Part shown: positions 38,301 to 49,382 of the stretch, one piece after another
How the letters are laid out: the number at the start of each line of letters is the position of its first letter
Position numbering within the stretch: position 1 is the first letter of the stretch
From: Lama guanicoe
Taxonomy: Eukaryota
Assembly (NCBI GenBank): GCA_013239625.1
Contig: MU054132.1
Coordinates: 124,001 to 188,000 of the forward strand
Direction of reading: 5' to 3'
DNA length: 64,000 nt
Translations under genes and position numbers: made by a program
Notes under the pieces: generated by a model
Told to the model about the DNA's origin: nothing
What the model saw: the letters and a program-made list of their open reading frames with translations, nothing else
The model's database searches: none

Positions 38301-41300
38301 CTTGTACCCTTCCTGGAAAAAAAGTAAGGTCTAAGCAAAGCCTACACATAATATTTTACTCCAGTTTTATGGCATATGGAGTTATCGCCACCCAGCCCTC
38401 GATTCGGTTGCATGACCTGAGCTCCCTGAACTCTCCAAAGAGCTAAGTAGAAGAACAGAGGAGCCCTTCTAATGAGACCTGAGTCCTTGGGGTGGAGACA
38501 CAGACACACACAGACACACCCCCAGACAGGCTGTGGAATGCACAGCCAGGCTCTCACCTCTTGCAGGTGCTGCTTGGGTCTGGAGGGAGGGCAGCTGTGT
38601 CCAGCACGCCCTGCGTATGCAGTCCTCTCCCTGCCCCAGTGCTGAAAGAGCCCTCCAGGGTGATGCCATTGGGGAAGGTGACCTTGCCCTGGAAGTCAGG
38701 AGAGGATTACAGGAATGTCTGTCCATCTGTCTGTCCACCTGCCCTTCCATCCAATCATACCTGTCCATCCTGGGTCATAGAGGCTAGGGACTGGTGGGCA
38801 GCCTTCCCACGATCCATTCAACCTATCCCACCCTGAGGGGCCCATAATCCTCCACCCCTGCAGAAGAAGCTCCTGACCAAGAGTTGTGCCCACCACCAAG
38901 GGGCTCATCTCTGAGGTAGGAGATGGGAAGGGAGACAGAGAAGGGACTCAGAGGTCAGAGTGGAGAGGACCACCACTGTGGGGCTGGCATGGGGGTAAGT
39001 CCAGAAGTAGGCAGAGGCCTAGGGAGGGCAGGAAGTACGTCTGGCCTTGAGGAGGGCAACTCCTTGCTGCACGGGGCTATCCCATTCACAGCATTCCTGG
39101 TCTCCACCCGTTAGACGCCACAGTGACATCCAGTCATTAGGAAACCAAAACAGTCCCCACATTTTCAAATGCCCCACTAGGGACACAATTGCCTTTTGCT
39201 GGGTCAGCTTGGGCAGGAACACACTGAAAGACAATGCCTCCAGTCATTGATGGTGGTGATGCAACGGGGTGGATCCCCAGCTCGAGGGCAGTAGGGAACA
39301 CAGCCAGGAGACCACCAGCACCCTCTATACCCAAGGCAAGCCCACCTGTCCCCTCTTGACTCACACCGCATCAAATCACACCTCCGCAGCAGGGAGGGGG
39401 TCGCTGCACCTGCCTCCTGGATGTAATGGAGATGGGAGAGCTCCTCCCCTACCTTCTCCACCCTCAGCCTGTACCCTCAGCCCTGGCTCCAAGCAGGGAG
39501 ATTAGACGCCAGCCAAGGCCTGGGCAGGGAGTGGAGTAGGATCTCAGTGGCTCTCACCTTCCCCAAGAGGGTCAGGTCCCTGGTGAAGGTGCCCTCATAC
39601 AAGGAGTCATCTTCAGAGAGAAGGATCCCTGGGCCCTAGGGAAGGAAGCCGGGGAGAGAAGCAGCAGCGGGTTAGGGAGGGCCAGAGACCAGGGGTTGGG
39701 GGTCAGGGAGGCAGGCAGTGACCCACAGCACAAGGGTCCTGAGCCCTGTCACGCCTCCCAGGACTGTGCCTACGTGGGATGTAGCCCTTGGCCCAGCCCC
39801 ATGGACCTCGTCCCTGGGTTACCTTGACCAACACCCGGGGACCTGGCTCTCCCCTCCAGTGGTCTGTCTCAGGAAGCCTCCTGGGGGACCCTTCCTTCCC
39901 ACCTACAGCTCAGGAAGTGCTGGGCTTCTCCTGAACCATCCCCACTTCCCTGCCGCTGACGCCAGGGACAGTGGAGCTGACCAGGCTCCCTTGCTGCACT
40001 GGATGCCAGAAAGCTCAGAGCCAAATGGGATCCAATTTGTGTTCTACTCACTTCTGATTCTATTTTATGTACCTATTCTTGTCTCTTCTTCCTCCTTTAA
40101 TCCTTTCTAGAACAAAGTATAGATAAACAAACAAGCCACAATAACAGTAACAGCCATCAGGCCAGAGCCCCACCACGCGCCAAGAACCTGGCAGGGTGTG
40201 GGTGATGCAGAAGGTGAGGGCTCGTGTGCTGGCTGCTCTCAGCTCTGCCACTCAATAGAATGTGACCTTGGGCAGGTTCTCGGACCTCTCTGAGCCTCAC
40301 ATTTATCACTGACACACTAGGGACAACGACATGACCCCAGGGCTACTGGGAGGATCCCACGAGACCATGCTGGGAGGCTTAGCCCAGAGCTAGGCATCTA
40401 GTTAGGGGTCTGGGAAGGTCAGTTGTGGAGGCTGCCAGCATCACCACCACCATGCACTTTACCACTGCTATCTCAGTGATTCCTCACAAGCAGTTAACCT
40501 GAGCTACCTACGGGAAAACTGAGGCTGGGAGGGGCAGGGACTTGATCGAGGACAGGGTAGGCAGGTGGCAGAACTGGGCTCCTGCCCAGGTTCTGGCTCT
40601 GTCCAGCACCTGCTCCATCCACCCCTGACTGGCCCCTGCTCAGCTTTGGGACCCCCCAGAGCAGGGAGGCTCCAGAATTCAGCCCGGGTGGAGGGAGAGA
40701 GTACCTCACATGGGTCACGTCACTCACCACTATCTTGTCCGCCTGGAAGGTCCCCTGGTAGCAGACGCCTGCCTGGGTGACCATGACCCCTGGGCCATGG
40801 CGCTGGTCAGCCTGCCACATGCCAATATAGCGCTCACCCCTGCGGGGGAGTATGGCCAGAGTTGGACCAGAATTGTTCCCATGCACCTTCTCTGTGCTCT
40901 GCTGGCATGGGGCTGGGGTTGAGGTGGGGGTCAGATAGGAGCCATGACATGGCCTGAATCCACTCAAGTCAGACATAGGGCGGGTGAGAGGAACAGAGTG
41001 TGGAGGAGGGAGGGAGCCTGGCAGGCTTTCTGCAGGAGGTAGCAGGAAGTACAGATGGAGTGGGGGTCCATTTACACATGTGCAGAGCCATGGAGGCAGG
41101 AGTGTACAGCTGATATGTGGGGACGCTCAGGGCTCTAGAAGGCCGGGAATGCACAGGTGGCACAGCAAAGGCAAGGTCAGAGGAGCAGGCAAGGCCTCAA
41201 ATGCCAGGCGAAGGACCCCAGGCTTTGTCTCACAGCCCAGAAAGCCTAGAAGGGTTGTGATCCTTTGATGGGAACAGATCAGGGGATCAGAAACTTCTCC

Positions 41301-44300
41301 AACAGAGGAAGGAGAGGCCAGGAGGTGGGAGGGCTCCTGCAGTCAGGGAGGTCAGGGGTCCCTCATCCTCAGCTCAGCAACAACCAAGGAGTGGAGAGGA
41401 AGTGAGGGGCTTCAGAGAGACCCTGGGGACAGACAGAGTGGACCCACTGACTACAGGGAACCCAGGCCCTGAGGCACTTGGTCTGCAAGGGTCCTCTCCG
41501 CCTCCTTGGTCCCATGGGGGAAGTGGGGAGCTGCGGGGCGCTCACCTGTCACTGTCTTCCTCGATGCCATAGCCACTCCTCTGACCCCTCTCCCAGTGGC
41601 CTGTGTACTTGCAGGGCTGAGGGGCCTGAGGGGCGCTCTCGAGGACCCCAAATCCATGCCGCAGGCCCTCTTGGAAGTAGCCCTTGTACACCTCGTTGGT
41701 GCTGTACCTGGAAAGGACCACCAATGGCTCGCCCTGCCTCCCAGAGCTCAGCCCAGGGGATGTGCCTGTCCCACGAGCCCACCCTGCCATCAGGCCGGGG
41801 GTCACTTACTCACAGATGCCATAGCCGCACATGGTGCCTTCCTGCCAGTGGCACTTGTAACAGTCAAACTTGTCCTCGGAGGCCTGGGGCACCAGGCAGA
41901 GGCCAAAGCTGTCAGTGTGGGTGGGTGGGGAGGGAATTCAGCACAGGGCCTGAGACACCCATCACACCCCCTTTATGCCACCCAGAAGTGTCCCTGCCTC
42001 CAAGGGGCCTCCTCAGATAATGAGGAGAATCTGACAGGTGCTCAGACCCTTTTTCTTCCCAAGGGCCCCTCAGGACACCTCGCCTCCACCCCACCCACCC
42101 AACCCCCCATGCACCCTGAGAGGGCTTTCTGGCCCTGGGCCAGTCCCTCCATGACCCGTCCCCTCCTCAGGGCTTAGTTTCCCCTTTCGGACAGCGAGGG
42201 GAGCTGGAACAGATGGCCTCTAAGTTCCTGCCTGAGGTTTGGGAATTTAGGACAGGGCCAGGCTGGTGGTGGCAGTGGGGGAGGAAACCACTGCCTGCCC
42301 AATACAGTCCCGCATCAGCCCCAGCCTTACCCGTGTTCCAGGCCCTGGCAGAAATCCCCCACATGATTCTGCCCATCTGGCCACTTCAGGGTTCCCCTGG
42401 AACACAGTTGAGGTCCACAGGCATCAGGCCCACCAGACCCATCCTTCCACACATACAGGATCCCCAGCCAGCCTCCACCCTCTCTGAGACCTCAACTCCC
42501 CTTGGACTGGACTCTCTGCCCCTACCTGGTCCTCTTCTCTGAGCTCTATGACCCCACAGGGGCTCTCAGCCCTTTCTTACTCCTGCCATAACTGACCCAG
42601 CAGCCTCACAGAGCACACTCCACACCCAACAGAGGGAGCTCTGGAAGCAACCAGGTTCCCTTATCCCCTTGACCAAAAGGAAGCTCAGAGCTAAACTTCA
42701 AGCTCAAGCCAAGTGCTAGTCAGTGGGATCCTTACCACCCTCTCCTTCTATGACATGGCATTGCTTTTTCTGTGTTTCTGCTCACAAGCTTCCTTACACC
42801 CTTTCTGGAAGCAGGCATGGTATCAGAATCTAGTGGAATGCTTGCAAGTGTAACCTCAGTGAGTCCTTTCTGCTTTCTGGGCCCTGGTTTCTCTGGCTGT
42901 AGCACAGGGTGGTGCCACACGTTCTTCAAAAGCCTACCTGCCTGTGGGGTCCTGGAGACCTGCAATTGAGACCAGGCTTACTCTAGAACCTGCTCTGAGA
43001 TCTTGGGCAAGTCATGCCAGTCTCTGGGCCTCAGTTTCCCCACCTCTAAAGGGGGTGACAACACACCCCTAGAGCATTCTTATAAAGATTACTGAAGACA
43101 GAATGTCTGCAAACCATTTCTACCACCACCAGACAATGCTACGTAGACGTGAGAATTATTCTTTCACCCGCCTGAGAACAGAACGGTAACTGCAGGTCCC
43201 GCAGGCCGGCTACCTGATGTCGGCCCCACGCTCTCCAGCGTCACCGCCAATATGACTGTGTTTGGCACAGACCTACTATGGGCCAGGTCCTGTCCAAGAG
43301 GACTTTAGAGAGACTCTGAGAGACAAACAGAATTGACCACAGGGAATAATAGCCTTTGGTTCATGTCCTGAGGCAATCAGGCCCATCCGGGTCCCATCTG
43401 CCCCTCAGACTCCCAGAAGGATCCAACACTGCCTTGCCTGGCCCAGAGCCTCGGTCACTCACTTGCCATGGGGCCTGCCCCAGTACCACTCGCCCTCGTA
43501 GGTGGCCTGGCAGTAGCGGCCCTCTGCGTAGAAGGTGTATGCTCCACAGCGGCAGGTGGGGGGTTCGGAAGGCTCGGGGCCCGCCCCCAGCACCGGGAAG
43601 TCCTTCTTCCCACGCAAGGCCTGGCACACAGCCTGGGTAACCTTCCACTGCCAGGCCACCTGGGGGGACAGGGAAACACAGGACAGGTCACTGCTGCTGG
43701 AGGCAGCCTCTCTAGGAAGCTTTCTGGGGTGGCTCCAGGTACCCCCCATCGCCTTCTGTCACTTGGGGGAAACTTCAACTGCTCCACGCTGTTCCCTAGG
43801 CTTCATCCAGACCTGAGATGCTTGTCTGCAGTTTCAGAGCCTGCCTGGAGGGGCCAAACAAAACCACTAGACAGGAGTCAACAAAGGCCCCAATCCTGGC
43901 TTCACAAAGAAAAACACCTGTTCTCTACAGCATTCTGATGCCTGAGCCTGGGCTGACTGCTGACCCACTCTGACCATGACCCCAGAGGCCTGACACTCCC
44001 AAGGAGCCTCCAGGGTTGTCCCCTGGAGCCGCCTTCCTTCACTCCCCTCAACCCACTCCCCAAATTCATAGTTCACCCACATTCACCTGGCCCTCAGGGT
44101 CCTTGGAGCAAAAGGAGAACGCTTCCTCGGGTGTGAGAAGGTGAAACGTGCACCTAGACAGACAGAAGTGACGGGTAGGCCCCAGCTCTGTCCAGGAGGG
44201 TGCTGGGGAGGGCCCAAGTCCGAGTCCTGGGGTGCGGGCAGGTTTCAAGGGGTGGAGGGAGGGAAGGCCTGGGTGTCGCTGGTTAGGAGTGCTCACCCGT

Positions 44301-47300
44301 CCTGCCCAGGTTCCACCCACATCAGCTTCAGATCAAAGCTCTGGACATTGTTGCCCTGGAAGAAGATGGGGCACAGGTGTCGTCCAGAGCCTAGATATTC
44401 ACCTGCTCCTCTGGTCTGGCCTTGCTCTCATGCACCAGCCTGCTGGGCTGTCCCCAGGCTGTGCTCAATCCAGCATGCCCAGCACTGAGTCCCTCACCAC
44501 CCCTGCCTGTTCCCTATCTTCAGGAGAGCACCTCTACCCTCCCAGACAGCACCTTTATCTCCCTTCCCACCTGAAGGCCTGGTGGGAAACCCGGGATCAG
44601 TTCCCCCCACATTCCCCCACATCCTGCTCCATCAGGGCCACCAGAGTAGTCTTCTGGAAAAGCAGCTTGGACCCTGTCAGCCCCTGCTGGAAACCTCCTT
44701 AGGGTCCCTACTGCCTGGGGGACGGAGACCTCACTGCGGAGCCTGACACCTGAGCCTCACGAACCACTCTGGCTCACGTGCACCCCACCTCACCTTCTCC
44801 GCACATAGCCACACCTCCAGCTCTCCCCAAACTCTCCCCAGTCTGAGCCTTCGCTTGCGCTGCTCCTTCTACTGGAGTGCCATCCCTGCTCTGAGAACCA
44901 GACTGAATGTCCCTTCCTCTGGGAGCTTTTGTGGAGCAACCGCCTGCCTGCCCCACTGCCACAGGCAGAGGTGACACCAGGCCCAGGCCTGAAGAGGAGG
45001 AGAAGTGCACCAGACACAAGCCATAGACAAGAGAGGGTCCAGCAGAGACAACAGGGCATGCTAAGCTCCAGAGGTGGGAAAGGACTCAGGACCTTTAAGT
45101 GGCAGTATCTCCTCAGTGTACCTGGAGCACAGAGGGTGGAGCCAGGAGTGGAGGGAAACTCAAACTGAGTCAAAACCCCAAAACCAGGCTTTGGGAGATA
45201 CAGGTTTGGTAGAGCATGTAGGGGAGTTCCAGGTTGACATTCCAGGGGACCAGAGAAGACACTGCTGTGGCTATCACAAGGGCGGCATGAGTTCAGGCGG
45301 AACTGAGCACAGTCAAGGTTACAGGCCACATAACAATGCCAAACCCCAGGCCTGGCTCTCCTGACTTCTGTAATGCCGAGAGCCCAGGCCCTGTTGCTGC
45401 TTCTCTAGAAGCCCTGACGTGCCCTGAATGGTTCGTCCAGAACCTTCTCAGCCACTATGGGCCACCCATGATCTCCATCCAGGATTCCTCTTCTATTGTA
45501 GGAAAAGAACTGAGAGTTGTCCAGCATCTGCTGAGGGACAAACTCATTCACAATTATCCCATTTTCCAAATAAGGAAGCCAAGCTGAAGACATTTAGCAG
45601 GGGCGCCAGCTGGAGAGTGCTGAGGATGGGTGCCCCTCGAGCAGCCTCTCCCCATGGCCCACACTGCTTCAGGGATGGCTCCACCTGCTGCCCCCACCCC
45701 AGCACCCTGCCCTTCCGCCCCATCACCCCCACCCCGGGCCCAAGTTCTCACTCCCACTTGCATGTCTCTTCCCCACTCCTTTTTTCCACCAGCCCCTAGA
45801 CCCCCACTGTGGTCCCAAGGCCTCTGGCCAGCCCCCGCCCTCACCTGCAGCAGGACAAGGGCATCATCAAAGAGCAGTGCGCGCTCTGCCCGCAGCGGGG
45901 TGACCGTCACAGGTGAGTCCTGGCTATCTTGCAAGAGTCGGCGAGCGGGGGTGCAGAGCACATCCTGGTGAGGCGAGGAGGGAGGTGCAAGAATCAGGGA
46001 CCCCTGTCCTGGACACTGCAGGCCACTCCACTGCCTGCCTCTGCCCCAGACACCTCCCCCCGCACTCTGAGCAACTCCTGGAGGCCCCCAAGTCCGTGAT
46101 GGGCACTGGGGCTCTGAGGTAGGGGGTGTCATTCCTGGCTCCTCCCAGCAGGACAGCACAACATCTCTTGAAGCCTCATTTTGTCCTCCTCCACCCCATT
46201 TGAGCCACGGCCCCAGTCAATCCCACCAACCCTCATTCAGGGTTCTACCATCCCTGCTTCTCTCTGGCTAGTCTTATCCCCTTCACTTGTCCTCCTAAGA
46301 GTCGGCACTGGGCTCCAAGCCTGTTACGCCCTCTCAGGGCACCGAGAACTCTCCCCCCTGCAGGGACAGTACAGGCCGTGGTGGGCAGTGATGCAGGGGT
46401 GTGATCATTCAGCGATATCCCAGGAGAGAGGGTGAATTCTGCTGACCACCCTTCCCCAGAGCCTGCAGCTCACATCCTGGCCCAGGAGGCACTCAGCAAA
46501 TGGGTGAGGATGGCTGGACAGAAGGAACTCAGACACCTGCTTCAGCCCCCACCCTCCAGATGGGGAGGCTCAGGTGCAGAGAACACAGCAGGAAGCTCGA
46601 GCCACCTGGCCGGCCCCTGGCCGACAGGAACCTCTTCCTTGACCGCCCCTCAGGCTTCGAACTCACCCTCAGCCGGCTGCTCAAGGTGTGCCAGAGGGCC
46701 TGTGTGGCCAAGGCCTGGTCCAGCGCCTGCCTCATGAAGGACTGCAGGTTCCCAAAGACAGTGGCTGCATGTACCACCAGCTCTCGGGCGGGGTCACGCT
46801 GCGGGGGGACAGAGCAGCCAGGGCAAGGGGCTTATAAGAACCTGCCCCCACCCTGTGATGGCTGCCCCATCCTTGGCCTGGCCCCAGCTGGTCAGGAGGT
46901 CTGGGTCTAAACCAAAGTTTGCCTTTTTAGCCTTCGCAGCTCCTCCTCCAGGGAGGGGCCAGTTGGAGGATGCTCCCAGGGGATTCAGAACTATTCGATG
47001 ATTCCCCCAGCTGGGTCCTCTTACCCAGTACATGATTCTACATCTGCTCTCTGGGCCTCTGTTGACTCACGTACCTGAGATATCCCAGGGCAAGGTCACA
47101 TCCCTTCAAACCCCCCAGAACAGGGCTCTGTCCCCAAGGCATGGTCAGGTCCTTCTCAAACCAGGATTCCGGAGTAAGGCAGGTCCCCTGAGCCAGGGCC
47201 CCATTTCTGCCTCCCTTAGCCTCAGCTTTCCCACAGGAGATAGGCCTGGTAACCAGTACCTGCCCCACCCCCAACCTCGTCACCCCTGCTACCTACCTCG

Positions 47301-49382
47301 CCGACAGTGTCCCCGAGGCTCAGCAGGAGGAGCACGTACTGCTGCACGTGATGGGTAAGCGGCTGGCGGAGGGCCTGGCCCAGCGCCGTGCCCACCGAGC
47401 CCTCTGAACTCATGCCTGACAGGAGCTGCCGCAGCTTCTTCCGCTGGCTCCGCCAGTACTCGCTGAGTGGAGGGAAGGCCACACACCCCTTCACTCTCCC
47501 CTCCTCCGTTTCCGCACCCACCACCTTCGACTCCCTGCCTGGCTAATGTCCCAGATCCCAAGTATCTCTCCCACAAGGAAAACACAGTGGCTGAGTCACC
47601 CCCTTGGAGATCTGGTAGCAGTATCTCAGAGTTTGAAGGGATCACTGATTACAAATGCCCACCCTGAGTGGGAATGCTTCCCGGCCTCAGGGTCGCTCCT
47701 CCCCAAGCTGGTATCCAGATTCTGCTCAAGGCCTCACTAGGCTTCCCTCCCTCTCTTCCGATGTGGATCAGCATGGAGCTGATAGAACTGGGAGTGCTCA
47801 GGACAAGTCCCCAGGGTCATGACACTTGCTGCTGTGGGAATGGGGCTTCCCCAAGCCCTCCCTCCCAAACACCCCCCAACTCAGAGACCCACTACAGCAC
47901 CCCCATGCTCACCTCCTCCTCTTTGCTGCTTTCTGAAAGGCCTGCACCGCCACACAGCTTGTGTAGGAATCAATGTACCTACAGGCAGCACAAGGGACAC
48001 CTTGCAGGCCCAACCCCCAGCTCCAAACCCAAGTCCCTGCCCTTCTGGGGTCGCCAGATCCCACCCACTGAGTGGCTGCAGCCCTAAGGACCTGGCTCTG
48101 GGCACTGGTGACCTTGAGTCCTGACTGACCCAACTAGACAATTCTAACTCAAAGCCTTTCTTCCCTGGGAGACCCCCAAGCTCAGATCTGGGGTGTCTGA
48201 GCCTGACGCCAGCCTAACATCCAATCCCAAATCTTTGCGGAAGCCCGACCTAGGTGAGTCCCAGTGTCAGCCCCACCCCCGCCTCGGCTGTCTTACTCCT
48301 TGTGGGCCTGCAGGACGCGGTCAGCGCTGTGCAGCAGCAGCAGGGATTCCAGACCAGTAGAGTCCGGCTGGTGCAGCCTCTCCCGCAGTGACTGCAGGCT
48401 TTCCTCAGTCACCTTGCACAGTTGCTGGGAGCTATTCTGCAGCTGCTGCAGGAGACGGAGGCACTCTCTGCCCCAGGAGTCTGAGGGGGCTGGGGCTGGG
48501 GCAGGAGCACAGGCACACTGTGAGGGGAACAGGGCTGCTCCACCTTCCAGGGAGCACACAGAGGCCCCGTGGGGCCACCCAAGGGCAAGCAGCACCCATA
48601 ACCCTGGAGCTGCAGTCAGGGTCCCACATCCCTTGGAACAGGACTAGAAACCAATGTTCCCCCTTGAGTTCTGCAGGGGACGGGCAGGCTGGAGCAGTGG
48701 GCGGCACCCTTGTGAAGTAAACAGGGGCACGTGTCCACCGCCTCACTAAACAGGGACAGCACTGATGACCTAGGGCCACCAAGTGCACTAATTTCCCAAG
48801 TCTCTGAGCTTCCTCAGGTCTGGAACATTGAGTCATAGGGTCCGGTAGTCCCCTACATTCACAGATGCACCAACAAAGCCCCCAAGAGGAAGGCACCTGC
48901 CCAAGGTGACTGGTCACTTCACAAGTGAGATCCCCGCTGGAAGTAAAACCTGGGCATCTTGCCTTCTAGTCATGCCCTGGGTGAAAGCAGGATGAGAATC
49001 CAGGCCTGTGCCCTGGAAGGGGTAGAATATTGTCTCCATTCACAGTAGGTCTGGCCTAGCATGGGGTTCATGACCTGGCCCCTCAGGGTCCCTTTGAGAA
49101 GGGAGCAACCAACAACAACCAGGGCAAGGGCCCTGGTCACATCAGAAAATGGTCATACCAAATGTCACTGCTCCCATTACAGTTGAGAAAGCTGCAGCTC
49201 AGAAGGTCCAACAAGGGGAGGATTCCTGTTGGATGGTTCCTGCACCCCGCACCCTCCCCACTGGAGAGCCGAGACTCACCAGCTGTGAGCAGGGGCTGGA
49301 GGACAAGGCTGTTGATGCGGGTAAGGGCTTCCGAGAAGACCTCCTCCAGCCGCAGCAGGGCTGCCTCCTCAGGGCTGCACAT
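32280..49382 (-). CDS. ALS2CL: ALS2 C-terminal-like protein (DH/PH-like region, MORN repeats, VPS9 domain); full spliced CDS, 25 coding exons, 952 aa
   Basis: Exons assembled by hand; every junction is GT-AG with matching phases and the total is 2859 nt. Starts MCSPEEAALLRLEEVF, contains MORN repeats (YEGEW..GRPHGKG, YKGYFQEGLRHGFG) and a VPS9 motif (LPMDDLLPLLIYVV), ends ..WNSKEPW*. Confidence 0.97.
32783..32879 (-). CDS. ALS2CL: ALS2CL coding exon 24 (VPS9)
   Basis: IQHLGAEIHLIRDMMDPMHTGGLYDFLLTALE; 97 nt. Confidence 0.96.
33187..33336 (-). CDS. ALS2CL: ALS2CL coding exon 23 (VPS9)
   Basis: TTMDPREKLEVLERTY...MDDLLPLLIYVVSRA; 150 nt. Confidence 0.96.
33443..33504 (-). CDS. ALS2CL: ALS2CL coding exon 22 (VPS9)
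   Basis: RYSLVRDKCFLSATECLQKM; 62 nt. Confidence 0.94.
34341..34383 (-). CDS. ALS2CL: ALS2CL coding exon 21
   Basis: HLWPLKDLTLTTNQ; 43 nt. Confidence 0.93.
34730..34910 (+). mobile_element. MLT1-type LTR 3' fragment in an ALS2CL intron
   Basis: cctagatccagccacacctgaa...tttgagttgagttt motif. Confidence 0.55.
34945..35118 (-). CDS. ALS2CL: ALS2CL coding exon 20
   Basis: DLQVHRLVLPLVLPSFYSELFTLY...LEFLDVQ; 174 nt. Confidence 0.95.
36007..36075 (-). CDS. ALS2CL: ALS2CL coding exon 19
   Basis: GLLQVALERKGQAPEEDEDAET; 69 nt. Confidence 0.93.
36638..36795 (-). CDS. ALS2CL: ALS2CL coding exon 18
   Basis: ALSNSLHPLGKLL...AQELWAAY; 158 nt. Confidence 0.95.
36969..37065 (-). CDS. ALS2CL: ALS2CL coding exon 17
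   Basis: THPEDRVGRMEDILEELL...QQYLRK; 97 nt. Confidence 0.95.
37219..37392 (-). CDS. ALS2CL: ALS2CL coding exon 16
   Basis: QLGLGAFPVESRWQGVY...SQEYLCCE; 174 nt. Confidence 0.95.
38558..38688 (-). CDS. ALS2CL: ALS2CL coding exon 15
   Basis: GKVTFPNGITLEGSF...PDPSSTCK; 131 nt. Confidence 0.95.
39050..39215. mobile_element. MER20-like DNA transposon fragment
   Basis: cacccgttagacgcca..aaccaaaacagtccccacattttcaaatgcccc. Confidence 0.6.
39558..39635 (-). CDS. ALS2CL: ALS2CL coding exon 14
   Basis: GPGILLSEDDSLYEGTFTRDLTLLGK; 78 nt. Confidence 0.95.
40728..40839 (-). CDS. ALS2CL: ALS2CL coding exon 13 (MORN)
   Basis: GERYIGMWQADQRHGPG...FQADKIV; 112 nt. Confidence 0.95.
41546..41707 (-). CDS. 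ALS2CL: ALS2CL coding exon 12 (MORN)
   Basis: YSTNEVYKGYFQEGLRHGFG...GYGIEEDSD; 162 nt. Confidence 0.96.
41810..41908 (-). CDS. ALS2CL: ALS2CL coding exon 11 (MORN)
   Basis: FGLCLVPQASEDKFDCYKCHWQEGTMCGYGIC; 99 nt. Confidence 0.95.
42331..42396 (-). CDS. ALS2CL: ALS2CL coding exon 10 (MORN)
   Basis: GTLKWPDGQNHVGDFCQGLEH; 66 nt. Confidence 0.95.
43463..43659 (-). CDS. ALS2CL: ALS2CL coding exon 9
   Basis: VAWQWKVTQAV...YEGEWYWGRPHGK; 197 nt. Confidence 0.95.
44087..44153 (-). CDS. ALS2CL: ALS2CL coding exon 8
   Basis: CTFHLLTPEEAFSFCSKDPEGQ; 67 nt. Confidence 0.95.
44297..44355 (-). CDS. ALS2CL: ALS2CL coding exon 7
   Basis: GNNVQSFDLKLMWVEPGQD; 59 nt. Confidence 0.93.
45845..45964 (-). 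CDS. ALS2CL: ALS2CL coding exon 6
   Basis: DVLCTPARRLLQDS...FDDALVLLQ; 120 nt. Confidence 0.95.
46667..46798 (-). CDS. ALS2CL: ALS2CL coding exon 5
   Basis: RDPARELVVHAATVFGNL...TLSSRLR; 132 nt. Confidence 0.95.
47297..47462 (-). CDS. ALS2CL: ALS2CL coding exon 4
   Basis: EYWRSQRKKLRQLL...LGDTVGE; 166 nt. Confidence 0.95.
47913..47978 (-). CDS. ALS2CL: ALS2CL coding exon 3
   Basis: YIDSYTSCVAVQAFQKAAKRR; 66 nt. Confidence 0.95.
48297..48495 (-). CDS. ALS2CL: ALS2CL coding exon 2
   Basis: APAPSDSWGRECLRLLQQL...VLQAHKE; 199 nt; donor GTAAGA. Confidence 0.93.
49280..49382 (-). CDS. ALS2CL: ALS2CL coding exon 1 (exon top at 49404)
   Basis: gccATG; MCSPEEAALLRLEEVFSEALTRINSLVLQPLLTA; donor GTGAGT. 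Confidence 0.95.
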
